Shown piece by piece: positions 13,095 through 26,400 of a stretch of DNA of 52,487 nt (positions within the stretch are counted from its first letter, which is position 1; each line of letters starts with the position of its first letter). Where the stretch lies: the NCBI RefSeq assembly GCF_006345805.1, contig NW_021831880.1, positions 1 through 52,487 on the forward strand, given 5' to 3'. The position numbers were made by a program, and so were the translations under genes. Origin of the DNA: Octopus sinensis. Taxonomy: Eukaryota. The notes beneath the pieces were generated by a model. It searched no databases, had not been told where the DNA came from, and worked only from the letters and a program-made list of their open reading frames with translations.

Positions 13095-13489
13095 TCTATA
13101 TATATATATAAAGTTGAAGTTGTCTGTGTGTGGCAGGTTTAGTAGCCTTCAACTAACACTATCTCCTCCGAGACCCTGTGGCCCTAGTTGACCAAAATTG
13201 AGAGTATGATAGAAGGCTTGCTCTTCATTCCGTAGACGATAAAATTCAAATCGGACCATGTTAAGACCAAAAATTATTTACATCAAAAAGGTGCTTTTTT
13301 TCTATGAAAATCCCTATTTTTTACAATGTTTTGACTGCTGTGTCGTCATTTTTCGGTGTATTTCAACCAGAAAAATGTTCAACTCAAAAAGAATAACAAG
13401 CTACATAATGCAAAATTTTTACTTTTCAAAAATTCCAATTCTAAAGGGTCGAAACAAACCCAAGCAACGCGATACTGCGATACTGCTAG
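13095..13489 (+). mobile_element. Non-autonomous Helitron
   Basis: A|TC(TA)nAAAGTTGAAGTTG ... GCAACGC..ATACTGCTAG|T. Confidence 0.7.
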
Positions 13490-13609
13490 TAATGTATTAA
13501 ACTAATATACCTGCTTGTTGTTCCTTCACCTGTCTTCGTCCTTTGTTTTCTGTAAACTTGAACTATATGCATATATATACACACACTATATGTTTCTCTC
13601 TCCCTCCAG

Positions 13610-13737
13610 TACAAAAGGAAAATATATTATTTGTGGTTCTGAAGACCATTTCATTTATTTATGGAAAACTCATCATGATTATTACAAATTCTCATCTGCT
13701 CGTCGAGATCGGAATGATTATTGGGAAGCCATCAAAG
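13610..13737 (+). CDS. WDR44: WDR44 coding exon
   Basis: CCAG acceptor, GTAAT donor; 128 nt, phase-compatible; (S)TKGKYIICGSEDHFIYLWKTHHDYYKFSSARRDRNDYWEAIK. Confidence 0.95.
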
Positions 13738-15194
13738 GTAATACATTCCTCATAATTTCTTTCTCTGTTTTTATCAATTCTATGATCTTAATCTACCAAA
13801 TCCACCACCTTCCTGATTGAGAGCATGACTTATTCTGTGTTTGCCTCTTTTTAGATATTTCTATGGACCAGTAACCCCTCTTATGTATCCTTTTACCTGT
13901 TTCAGTCATTGGACTGCAGCTGTGCTAGGGCACCACCTTGAAGGGCTTAGTTAAATAAATCAACTGCAGTGCTTATGTTTTAAAGCATAGTACTCATTGA
14001 GTGGAGGAGCAATGGCCCAGTGGTTAGGGCAGCGGACTTGCAGTTAGAGGATCATGGTTTCGATTCCCAGACCGGACATTGTGTGTGTTTATTGAGCGAA
14101 AACACCTAAAGATCCACGAGGCTCTGGCAGGGGGTTATGGCGACCCCTGTTGTATTCTTTCACCCCAACTTTCTCTCACTCTTTCTTCCTGTTTCTTGAG
14201 TAACACTGCAATGGTAACAAAAGGGTTAAAGCGATGCTCCAGCATGGGCAGCAGTTAAATGCCTGAAACAAGTAAAAGAATAAAAGAGTAAAAGAATGTC
14301 TCATAAGTAGATATGCAATACACTTTTATTAGTGTTTGTATTTGTTTTTAATGTTTCTTGAGTAATTGTTGCAAATACTCTTTTACTTGTTTCAGTCATT
14401 TGACTGCGGCCGTGCTGGAGCACCGCCTTTAGTCAAGCAAATCGACACCAGGACTTATTCTTTGGAAGCCTAGTACTTATTCTGTCGGTCTCTTTTGCCG
14501 AACCGCTAAGTTACGGGGACGTAACCACACCAGCATCAGTTGTCAAGCGATGTTGGCGGGGACAAACACAGACACACAAACATATACACACACATACATA
14601 TATATACATATGATGGGCTTCTTTCAGTTTCCGTCTACCAAATCCACTCACAAGGCTTTGGTTGACCCGAGGCTATAGTAGAAGACACTTGCCCAAGGTG
14701 CCACGCAGTGAGAATGAACCCGGAACCATGTGGTTTGGAAGCAAGCTATTTACCACAAAGCCACTCCTGTGCCTATAATGTAAATTTATTTCTTGAAATT
14801 GTTAAGACACAAAAATGTCATTAAGATTCTTCTCGGATGTTTGAAGAATATACAGAAAGCCATTTGGATAATGTGCCATCTTAGATTTTGAAGCTTAGTA
14901 ACGACACCATTGAAGCGGGTTATCTAGTGACGCTTTTGGATTGGTAATTATTGTGTAGTAACTAATTCAAATTTTTTTTAATTAGTCTGACTGAACCTGT
15001 AACATTTAATAATTGCAAAGTATTAACCAGGAGTGGCTGTGTGGTATGTAGCTTGCTTACCAGCCACATGGTTCCGGATTCAGTCCTAATGTGTGGCACC
15101 TTGGGCAAGTGTCTTCTACTATAGTCTCGGGCCGACCAAAGCCTTGTGAGTGGATTTGGTAGACGGAAACTGAAAGAAGCCCATCGTGTATATA

Positions 15195-15587
15195 TCTTTA
15201 TATATAAAAGTGAAGTTGTGTGTCTGTCTCCTCCGATTTAGATTCCTAACTACTCCCACATTTTGCGGTGCAGTGTAACTAAAAGCGGGTATCTTATAGT
15301 CGTGACTCATATCGAGCCCTTCTGGGTATTAGCACGTGTCTACGATGAGTCTACGATTTAAAAAAAAATTTCCCATAATTTTTTCCCATTTTTAATGCAT
15401 TTTTTTGCTATTATATAAGGGAAGTAACTCTCTAAAATGTATTATTAAATCTCAGAACGTAAAAAGCTACAGTAACACCCCCCTTTGTGGTTAGCCATAT
15501 TGAGATGGCTATTATACTTTACATCTCTAAAAATGCTTATATAGTTATTTCCCTTACAAATCCGAGCAACGCCGGGCGATACTGCTA

Positions 15588-15588
<1 letters not shown>
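15195..15588 (+). mobile_element. Non-autonomous Helitron inserted in the (TA)n of a SINE-A; same 5' family as 43855-44703
   Basis: A|TC start, CCGAGCAACGCCGGG..CTGCTAG|T end; first ~230 bp homologous to 43855-44090. Confidence 0.82.
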
Positions 15589-15671
<83 letters not shown>

Positions 15672-16031
15672 CTGTGTTTGTGTGTCTGTGTTTGTCCCCC
15701 CAACATCGCTTGACAACAGATGCTGGTGTGTTTGCGTCTCTGTAACTTAACAGTTCGGCAAAATAGACCGATAGAATAAGTACTAGGCTTACAAAGAATA
15801 AGTCCTGGGGTCGATTTGCTCGACTAAAAGGTGGTGCTCCAGCATGGCTGCAGTCAAATGACTGAAACAAGTAAATGAAATAATTTACCATTTATGTATT
15901 TCTTTTGCGAGATTTCTGATCTGAAATCTTGTGGTGAATCAGATATTGTTATATTTCGGGATGGTAATTTTTTTTTTTTTTTTTGTTACCAAATAAACAC
16001 ATGCTCTTTGTATTTGTTCTTCACTCCAGAT

Positions 16032-17282
16032 TTATTACCTCCACCTTAGTAAAAAGGCAGAGGTATTGTTTTCACTTGTGTTTGTTTGTTTGTCCATGGA
16101 CAAGATATCTCAAGAACCGCTAGATGGATTCGAATGAAACTTTCAGGGATGTTTGGCCTTGTGACTCACACGAACTGATTAGATTTTGAGATCGATCCGG
16201 TGCTGGACAAGGATTCCGGATTATTTCTTATATTTACTTTACATGAAGTATTACAATCTCTGATTATCTCCCTTGAAAGGATCCTCGTGGTTTCCACGTA
16301 AATTACGGTGGCATTGCTGTTTCCAAAGTTTTATTTTCATTTCTTTATTATTTTTACTTGCGTCTCTATCTTAGTAGAAACTGATGGATAAAGAAATCAA
16401 ACTGCATAAACAAATGGCAGCAAAACTATTCAGAAATGAAATAACATTAACAATAATAAATTTAATTTATTCTTGATAATTTTTAGTCAAACCAATTTTG
16501 AATATATCGCTCCTGTTTAAAACCTCTTACCTACTTGACAATTGCATTTCTAGTTCTGCCTTGAAGGAAGCTTTACTTCTTGGACTCACATTTTTGTGTG
16601 CAACGATGTTGTTAGACCTCCTTTAACCCTTTCATTACCAACCTGGCCAAAACCGGCTCTGGCCCTGTTGTACAAGTGTCTTGTTTTCATAAGTTTTTCA
16701 TTAAAATATACCACCAAACCTTAGTCGCAATTTATGTTCCTAACACTAGCTTAATGATAATTAAGTTATTTTACTAAATTCTTTGTTATATTTAAAATAA
16801 TTGAAAGAAACACAGAGCATCTTAAAATAAATACAGTAACGAAAGGGTTAACAGCTCCATATGTAGGTCCTTTCCGGATTTTTTCATGCACTGATAAATT
16901 TTTCACTATAGACCTTAAATGCTGTAAAAACACTATATCTGTGGATAGACTAAAAAAGGGTCTTCATCAGAGAAAACTGTCCCTGTTCCCACTGCAGACA
17001 ACACACACACACACAGCATTACAAACACAGCCTGCACACCCAACTTCACATTCCATGGCTACTATTGGAATTGATCAGGTATCAAACTAGGATTCTAGAT
17101 TATTTTTCCATTTTTTAAAATTTAATTTTTTTGAGAGCGGTCAGGTTCATTTTTTAATATTCTCACTTGTGAGAGCAGTTGAGTTTATTTCGGATATTCT
17201 CCTTTTAAAAATGATCTCTGGCTAACCGTTGAGAGGACGGTGTTGCCTTGGCAGAGGTCTGCACTCTCTGAGTGCTCTTGTT
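16032..17282 (+). mobile_element. Helentron-associated HINE/DINE-1-like element, nested in a MITE (15944-17440) and containing a piggyBac MITE (16623-16851)
   Basis: subTIR ACCTCCACC / GGCAGAGGT, (GTTT)n microsatellite near the 5' end, 3' hairpin GCACTCTCTGAGTGC, T-rich flanks. Confidence 0.65.
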
Positions 17283-17505
17283 GTTCTTATTTTATATCCT
17301 ATGTTTCTCTGGAAATCTTTTGTCACACATCTTGTAACAAGAACAATTATAAAATAAATCTGAATAAAGAACAAATATATATAGTGCGTTTGTTTATTTG
17401 ACAAAAAGAAGGAAAAAATGACCATCCCAAAATATAACAATTACTATTTGATGTTTAAATATTTAAAGATGAATGTTCTGTTAATGGTTGGATTTTTATT
17501 TTCAG

Positions 17506-17690
17506 TCCATAATGCAGTTGTAACAGTTGCTGTTCTTGCACCCAATCCACAATTGATGCTCAAATCCAACACTAATACTGGAACATCAAGCTCAGATTCA
17601 GAAATATCAGACGAGAGAGAGATTATTGTCAGTGCAGATTTCACAGGTGCCGTCAAAGTCATGCAATGTAGGATAAAAAATTCTGCTTGA
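17506..17690 (+). CDS. WDR44: WDR44 terminal coding exon
   Basis: TTCAG acceptor; (V)HNAVVTVAVLAPNPQLMLK...EIIVSADFTGAVKVMQCRIKNSA then TGA; matches the WDR44 C-terminus. Confidence 0.95.
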
Positions 17691-18021
17691 TTGTTGGAAC
17701 CAATCTCCTGTTGTTTTAAACTTCTTGCTCAACTCTAGACTGTTCAGCAGTATCTCAAATGCTAATCAAATCTTGATAAATGGTTTCTCAAGAACACATG
17801 AAAATACCAATTCCAGTTAACAGAGCGGCTGATTCAAGGAAAGGTGCCAAGCTATATAAACATTTGCTCCTAAAATTTAGTTTCATCTGGTTAAAGATAG
17901 CATCAGTAAAACGGATATAAAATGAGCCAGCTCTTCTGTTATATTACAGTGTTATCTTTGCGTATATCGTTCATCCAGTACCAGGGCATTGTTGATTTCT
18001 TTTGAGTAATTGTTTCCAAAT

Positions 18022-18196
18022 AATAAATTTGTTTTGGTTAAGCCTTTTAGCACTTCTGCTAGGAGCTAACTTGAACTATGACCAATATTTCTCGTATAAA
18101 ATTCACATGTTAATCTGTGATACCACTGGTTAATACTGAGACATAAACAATCTTCCTTTAAAATATATTCCTTTTGAGTATCGATCTTTTAATAAA
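18022..18196 (+). promoter_or_regulatory. Candidate WDR44 polyadenylation signals
   Basis: AATAAA at 18022-18027 and 18191-18196 downstream of the stop; the second is followed by T-rich sequence. Confidence 0.4.
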
Positions 18197-18277
18197 AATC
18201 TAGCTTCTGTATCTCTGTATTTTCTCTTTAATATTTATTTTTTAACCAGAAATTTTCCCTTTTCAGAATTCCTATAC

Positions 18278-18496
18278 CAGTGGTTTTCAACCAGGGTTCC
18301 GCGGAACCTTAGAGTTCCGCCAGTACAGTCCAGGGGTTCCACAAGAAGTTACAAAACTGCTAAAATCGGCAGTAATTTTTAATTCTCCTGTGCAGATATG
18401 TGTGCATAAGACTATTAAATTATTGCACAGGGGTTCCTCAAGCCAGTGGAATGTTTCCTTGGGGTTCCGCTCCAGCAAAAATGTTGAAAAGCACTG
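18278..18496. mobile_element. hAT-type MITE
   Basis: CAGTGGTTTTCAAC / GTTGAAAAGCACTG TIRs, 8-bp TSD TCCTATAC. Confidence 0.85.
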
Positions 18497-19174
18497 TCCT
18501 ATACTAAACATATTACCATTACTAAACTTAATACCATTATTTGACTTACATGCAAATTATTTGCTAATTTTAAGATTGCTAAATAAGTACTGTGAAGGCA
18601 CACAGCTCAGTGTTTAGAGCATCGCACTCATAATCATGAGTTAGTGAGTTTGATTCCTGGACCAGGCTGTATGTCATGTTCTTGAACAAGACACTTTATT
18701 TCATGTTGCTCCAGTTCACTCAGCTGTAGAAATGAGTTGCAACGTCACTGGTGCTAAGATGCATTGGTGTTTGCCTTTCCCCTGGATAACATCAGTGGCA
18801 TGGAGAGGAGAATGGCATAAACAGGACAGAATTGGAAGCACATTGTGATCAGTGGTGTACAATAGCATCTGATGGCCTGGTTGATACTGTGATGCTTTAT
18901 TAAAATACAGGTATACATGCAAGAAAGAATCAAGTAATTGAAGATATTAAAATATAAGAAACATTTATGAGATATTTAACAGTTAAATATCCTACTCAAC
19001 TACATGCATACCATGCTGGTATGCATGGGTGACTGCTGGTCTTCCGTAAACAACCTTGCCCAGACTTGTGCCTCAGAGGGGAACTTTCTAGGTGCAATCC
19101 CATGGACAGTCATGACTAAAAGGGGGTCTTTATTCTTTTACCCTAAATAAGTACCAGTGCATGACCCATTGTTT

Positions 19175-19696
19175 CATGTTTGGAACAAGTAATGCTATGC
19201 TTCATGATGGATGGCATTTTTCCTCTCTAAAGAATGTGCTCAAGATAAAGGTAGATAATATGATACATAGCAGACTCTTCAGTAGCACCTTCCTACCTGC
19301 ACTCTTATATGCAAGTGAGATATGGACTGCTATTATGAAGAGGATAGAATATTGACCGTGGAAAGATCTATGGTAGAAATGTCATTATGACAGCACTAGC
19401 TGACCATGTGCCATCAATAATGACTGCTAATTGTTGTATTTTATATATAAATAAGGTAGATAATAATCACACATACAAACATTCACATACTTCCCTTGTA
19501 CACACATATACTCACATAGAGTTGAAACGCTGATTTTTTTCACCCTTTTTTTCTCCATTCATCTATCACCCCTTCCTTTCTCTCATTGCTATTACTTTCT
19601 CTCACTCCCTCTCAGTAAGGGATATTACTCTCGCTACTTGTCCTTCACTGAATTACTATTTTCTCTCTTCCTCCGGTGTAATTCTGGACAAATAGG

Positions 19697-19733
<37 letters not shown>

Positions 19734-20285
19734 TAGAAAAAAACACCTTTTATCAATTCAAAATGAATAATTAATTTATTCCTTCAAATAATGATTATTA
19801 TATATATATCATCATCATCATCGTTTAGCGTCCGTTTTCCATGCTAGCATGGGTTGGACGGTTCTACTGGGGTCTGTGAAGCCAGAAGGCTTCATCAGGC
19901 CCAGTCAAATCTGGCAGTGTTTCTACGGCTGGATGCCCTTCCTAACACCAACCACTCCGTGAGTGTAGTGGGTGCTTAAACACTATGCTCATTATTATAT
20001 TAGGAAATATCTGAAATGAGATAATTCAAGTGGAACAAGTGATGTGATTGCAGAATTCTGAAAGCACAAGTTATGATGGGCCACACGTTGCAAGGCTCAC
20101 AAAGAACAGGTGGACCTGCGCAGGTGTCATGTGGTATCTAAGAGATTGGAAAAAGGTTACTTGGAAAGCCTCCATAATAATGAGAAGATAATTCAGTGAA
20201 GTAATTTGGGCCAAGATGGCAAAGAATGGCATAAACAGGACAGAATTGGAAGTGCATTGTGATCAGTGGTGTACAATAGCATCTG
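19175..20285 (+). mobile_element. Degenerate, interrupted RTE LINE 3' part
   Basis: LFSSTFLPALLYASEIWT (~19275-19330) and GHVARL..NRWT..WY..DWKRLLGKPP-like segment (~20075-20180). Confidence 0.65.
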
Positions 20286-20859
20286 ATGGCCTGGTTGATA
20301 CTGTGATGCTTTATTAAAATACAGGTATACATGCAAGAAAGAATCAAGTAATTGAAGATAATATTAAAATATAAGAAACATTTAATAGATCAAAATACAA
20401 ATACACTTGTGTTAGCTTAGTTCTGTCTGAAGTTGAGTGTTTTTATGTATAGTGTTGACTACTATGAAGTCCTTAAGTTTTTAGTTCTATTAATAGTCTT
20501 ATTTCTTGTACTTAAGACTAAATTATTCTCTTTTTTAGAGCTCTTTGATTTTAATTTATGGTGGCTTGCAGTTGTTATATTGTTTGCTAAATTTAGTGTA
20601 GTTGAGTAGGATAGTTTAACTGTGGATATGTTAAATATCTCATATTTGTGCAGGGGATGAAAGTTGTCTTTTTTTTTCTCAGGACACCAAAGAATGTTTG
20701 CCAGAAAGGTAAAATCAGTATTTAATAAACTGTTACCAGTGAAGAAAGAAAGACATGCCAAAATTCTTTTGAATAGGTGATAAGGTATATGTAAGGATGT
20801 AGAAAAATGGCAAACAATATTGGGAAGGAGAAATTGTAACATACATGGTATTTTCACTT

Positions 20860-21270
20860 CTGGCTAAGGTTCACATTTTGTAGTAGGTAGTTTCACTGCC
20901 AGCTCAATCCCCTGTGGCCTTTTACAAGGTTTTCAACTTCCTTGTCCAAACTTTTACTCCTGAGAGGTCTAACTTTGAAAAAAATTTTCCTCCATTTAGT
21001 TTAGCAAAAACTTCTGGGCTTGGAAGTAGGTAATTTTGTGTGGGTAAGCAGTTGTTTAACTTGGTTGAGAAGTCTGCACACACTCTTACCTTATTATTAT
21101 TTTTTTTTTACATACACCGCCAGTCTGCATGGTCAATCTTTTCAATTATGTTCAGGTTTTCTAGTTCTTTATTGATCTGGTCTACTGCCGAAAATAGCAC
21201 ATTCCATTCAGGCCAGAAAATAGGCGTTGAATTTTCATTGTTCCTTGAGTTGTTGCTGTTTTAGCAACTT
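20860..21270 (-). pseudogene. Ty3/Gypsy reverse transcriptase remnant
   Basis: ENSTPIF...KELENLNIIEKIDHADW.../NNKVRVCADFSTKLNNCLPTQNYLLPSPEVFAKLNGGKFFSKLDLS, with frameshifts. Confidence 0.8.
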
Positions 21271-24104
21271 GACTAACCCAGCTAACAATTTTTGGCATAT
21301 TTTTACAACTTTTGCAATTTTGTACAATAAGACTATTGTTTCCCTTTTGTTGAGATATTTACATTTCCATGTGAATTAAGTTCTTTTTTCACTGCATACA
21401 TTTATTTTTCCTCATTACCACGGTTGTAAAGTAGTCTTTTGCCATTTTTGTATCTGTCTTTTGAAACAGTTACCACTCTGACAGATATTGTTATATTACA
21501 GAGTCATCAATAGAATGTTTCTTTTTGGCACCATACGACCCCCAATCCTACTGTGTTGTTATCCTTAAAGGGCTGGATCATCCACTCAGTGTCACAGTAT
21601 AATTACTATATCAGCACAGACATGACTATCAATTCAGTCTAGACATTCTCTTTTTGACCTTCTCCTGTTGACTGGCTATTGGTCTATTTTTAGTGGCTGG
21701 CTACTACTACATTTTACTGGGATGGGTGCACAGTTGGGGGTAAAGTCTCAAATGTAATTTCTTCCTGGTAGGAATTGGTTGGGTTGAATTATCGATAGCT
21801 GTTTGATAGTTATTTGGGAGTGAAGAGAAGACATTGCAACCTACACATGCGCCTTCGTTCCCCAGAGGGAAAGGACTAGATTGGGATTAGTCGTTGCCTA
21901 CTTTGGGCTCTTGCATACCCGGGCAACGCCGGGCTATGCTGCTAGTATATATATAAATCTGGCTTTCCATTGGTTACAATAATGAGGGTCCTGGTTGATC
22001 CAATCAATGGAATAGTCTGCTTCTGAAATTAGCATGAAGTGACTGAGTACTCCACAGGCATGCATACCCTTAACCCTTTAGCATTTTAAAATGGCAATAT
22101 CTCACCAAAATATTCTACTTGTTTTATGTTCGTCTTCATATATATATATTCTTCATATATATATATATATATATATACTTTTTTACTTGTTTCAGTCATT
22201 TGACTGTGGCCATGCTGGAGCACTGCCTTTACTCGTATAAACCAACCCCTGGACTTATTCTTTGTAAGCCTAGTATTTATTCTATTGGTCTTTTTCGTGA
22301 AACCACTAAGTTACAGGGATGTAAACACACCAACAACGGTTGTCAAGTGATGGTGGCATTCAAACACAGATATATAGATATATGTACATATATACAACAG
22401 GCTTCTTTTAGTTTTCGTCTACCAAATCTACTCACAAAGCCTTGGTCAGCGAGAGGCTATAGTAGAGGATACTTACCCAAGGTGCCACCCGGTCAGACTA
22501 AACCTGGAAGCAAGCTTCTTATATATATGTATATATATGTATATATATATATGTATATATATATATGTATGTATATATATATGTATGTATATATATATAT
22601 GTATATGTGTATATATATGTATATGTGTATATATATGTATATATATGTGTATATATATGTATATATATGTGTATCATCATCATCATCATCATCGTTTAAC
22701 GTCCGTTTTCCATGCTAGCACGGGTTGGACGGTTTGACCGGGGTCTGGGGAGCAGGGACTGCCCCAGGCTCCAGTCTGATCTGGCAGTGTTTCTACAGCT
22801 GGATGCCCTTCCTAACGCCAACCACTCCGCGAGTGTAGTGGGTGCTTTTTACGTGCCACCTGCACAGGTGCCAGAGGGGTCTGGCATCGGCCACGATCGG
22901 TTATTGCCTTTTTTCGTTGCATTGCGGCAGGGGGGAGGGTTCCGGCAGAGAGGAGAGAGGCAGAGAGAGTGGGGGGGTGCATGTAATATAGGGGAGCACC
23001 AGTGGGGAAGGTTTGGGGTAAAGAGAAACGATGACAGGTAGGGTTGGTGGCAGGTTCTAGACAGAATGAAAAGTAGGAAGTAAAACGTAGGATATCACGA
23101 GTGGGGGAGGGGGCTGGAAGGAGATAGCCGGTTGAGGCAGTGACACATTTCAAAACAGAGGAACATAAGATAACAGGTTAAGTGGGACGTTTGATGAGCT
23201 GCAGCGCTAGCTGCTTCTGTCCAGGGGGAGAGAGGCAGGGGTAAAATACATAGTGACAAAGTATATTGAGGAGGAGGGGTAGGAGGAACAGACACACGTA
23301 GTGGTGGCGATGGTAGAGGGGATATCCGGTGAGGATGGTGTAAACAGTGTGTTCTCCGGTATGGGTGGTGGGGGTGGGAATTGAACTTACGAGCTTAGAA
23401 TTATTAGCCAAGCCTTCTAACCACATGCCTTCAATAGACTGGCACTTCATCGGTTACATGTATATTCCAGTTGAATTTGATCAATGGAACAGCCTGCTTA
23501 TTAACATGCAAGTGGCCGAGTACTCCACAGATGCATGTGCCCTCAATGTAGTTCTCAGGGAGATTCAGTGTGATCCAGAATGTGTCATGGTTGGCCCTTT
23601 TGAATAACAGCTACAACTCATTTTTAGCAGCTGAGTGGTATAAAGTGGAATAAAGTGTCTTGCTCAAGGATATGATTTGCCCCTGGAAATTGAACTTAGG
23701 ATCTTATAATCATGATCCAAATACCCCTAACCACCAAGCTACATGCCTTCACCGGTTATTGACTCCGGGGTGGGGGGCAGTGGTAGCTGTGGATAGAGGA
23801 GACTCTTTTCTGGCTTGTTCCCCGCCCCCAGGTTTGTGTTGCAAACTTGAACAGTGCAGGATATGTCAGTGTCTATTGTAGCAGAGGCAAGAGGTCACTG
23901 TTGGGTTGTCTTTTGTTCAAAGAAATACCCAGACAAGACACGGTTCCGCTTGGCGTACTGTGTTGTTTGAATAGAGAGAGAGAGAGAGAGAGAAGAAAAC
24001 AGACAGAGTGACAGACAGACAGTATTCTGTGGGAGAGAGAGAGAAATACACAAATGTACTTCACAATGTAACAACTTGAATTATAATCTCTTCTATATAA
24101 ACTA

Positions 24105-24657
24105 TTGGGTTGTCCGGAAAGTTCGTGCCGATTTATAGTAGCCTACCTTTTGACTTATTTTAGAACATGATTGAGTCCATAAAAGAGGATTTGACTACAC
24201 CTCCATTTAGAGCTGTCTTTTCGTGGAAGAAGTTTTATGTTCCTATAACCTGTGTTTATTCTGTAACCCTTTAAAATGGAAGATAAGAAAATTCATTTAT
24301 GGCACTTGATACTTCGGGAACCAGACAAAAATTGCTGCAGCTCGGCTGGGATGTGTTACCCCACCCTCCATATTCACCAGATATTGCTCCTTCAGATTTC
24401 CATTTATTCAGGTCTCTGCAGAAAAGTCTTATTGGTAAACATTTCAATTCCTTGGATGATGTAAAAAGATAGCTTGATGAATTCTTTGCCATGAAAACCT
24501 CAGTTCTGGGAAGAGGGTATTTTCAAGTTAAAGGAAAGATGGAGATGCATTGTGCAACAAAATGGTTCATATTTGGTTGATTAAAAATGTAATGGCAAGT
24601 ATTTATTGACCTTTTTCTTTCCTTTAAAAATCGGCACGAACTTTCCGGACAACCCAA
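24105..24657 (+). mobile_element. Internally deleted mariner (inverted duplicate at ~35013-35557)
   Basis: ~28-bp TIRs TTGGGTTGTCCGGAAAGTTCGTGCCGATTT; start MEDKKIH fused to C-terminal LGWDVLPHPPYSPDIAPSDFHLFRSL. Confidence 0.88.
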
Positions 24658-25157
24658 CATGTGTGTGTGTGTGTGTATTTCCTTTTCTCAACATAGCAAG
24701 TTAGTTGTAAATGAGTGTTGCTGACATCTAAGCAGTGTCATTCATTTTCAGCAATCTGCAAGAACATGTCTGGCCATCTGAAAATAGTATGCTTGGAAAC
24801 AGGTGAGGGTTGATGACAAGAACTGCATCTGGCCGTAGAAAAGATTATCTCAATAAACACTAATTCATAAAAAAGAGGATGTTAAAATGATGATGATGGT
24901 GATATACACACATACACATGTATATACATAACCATCAGCCTCGTCTGGCACCTGTGCCGGTGTCACGTAAAAAGCACCCACTACACTCATGCAGTGGTTG
25001 GCGTTAGGAAGGGCATCCAGCCGTAGAAACATTGCCAGATCAGACTGGGCCTGGTGCAGCCTTCTGGCTTCCCAGACCCCAGTTGAACCGTCCAACCCAT
25101 GCAGCATGGAAAGCGGATGCTAAACGATGATGATGATAATGATGATATACATACATG

Positions 25158-25316
25158 CAGGGCCAGCTCTAGGCACCCCAGGCGAGCTGAACATCAGCAT
25201 GTACAAGCTGACAGTCATGGAAATTTCTTTGTATTTGTCATGCTCTGCTTGGCACCCTCTAACACATGGTGCCCTGGGTGACTGCCCGAGTTGCCGGAAC
25301 CTTCAACTGGCCCTGC
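25158..25316. mobile_element. Short hAT-like MITE (duplicate at ~34357-34512)
   Basis: CAGGGCCAG / CTGGCCCTG termini. Confidence 0.5.
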
Positions 25317-25944
25317 AATATATATTTATATCACGTGATCACGTGACCGACCTGACCATCAAATGTTGTTACACATCGCTGGTTTTAGCCTTCGAATGAC
25401 GCCACCCTGCTGGCTAAGCGAGCAGGCCAACAAAAGAAAGAGTGGGAGAAAGTGTGGTGAAAGAGTACAGTAGGGATCACCACCCCCTGCCGGAGACTCG
25501 TGGAGCTTTTAGGTGTTTTCGCTCAATAAACACTCACAACGCCTGGTCTGGGAATTGAAACCGCGATCCTGCTACCGCGAGTCCGCTGCCCTAACAACTA
25601 GGCCATTGCGCCTCTACATATATATTTATATATAAATCAAGGAAATCATTGCTGAGTACTTGAGAGATATCTAAAATACAGTATAAACCTTCTACAGCTT
25701 AGCAACGAAGCCATTTGAAATAAATGTGAACAGATGTTCACAAATGAGACAATCGATAAATGGATAAATGATGTAAATATATACATAGGTGCAGTGTGGG
25801 TGTGTGATAAAGAGCTTGCTTCCCAACCACATAGTTCAGAGCCCAGTTCGAATCCATGGCAACTTGAGCAAATGTCTTTTACAATAGTCTCAAGCCAACC
25901 AAAACCTTTTGAGTGGATTTCGTTTATGGAAACTAAAAGAAGCC

Positions 25945-25949
<5 letters not shown>

Positions 25950-25984
<35 letters not shown>

Positions 25985-26013
25985 GTATATATATATATAA
26001 TATATATATTATA

Positions 26014-26102
<89 letters not shown>

Positions 26103-26117
26103 ATATATATATATATG

Positions 26118-26148
<31 letters not shown>

Positions 26149-26400
26149 GTTATATGTATATGTATATATATATATGTATATGTATATGTATATATATATA
26201 TGTATATGTATATGTATATATATATATGATATATATTATATGTATATGTATATGTATATTATATGTATATATATATGTATGTATATGTATATGTGTATAT
26301 GTATATATATATGTATATGTATATATGTATATGTATATATATATTTATATATATATATGTGTATATGTATATATATATATATATATATAATATATATATA
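25950..26400. repeat. Expanded (TA)n/(TATG)n microsatellite grown from a SINE-A internal repeat; similar arrays at 22520-22670, 28800-29250, 30580-31100, 33500-33725, 42025-42165, 52215-52345
   Basis: Direct inspection; these arrays produce the spurious YI/CV-rich ORFs. Confidence 0.95.

Noticed and set aside
16940-16975. Minus-strand CTGATGA-AGAC..GTCT
   Set aside because: No GAAA or stem III follows
22900-23350. Purine-rich region with 66-113 aa ORFs
   Set aside because: No recognisable domain; probably decayed TE sequence that I cannot classify
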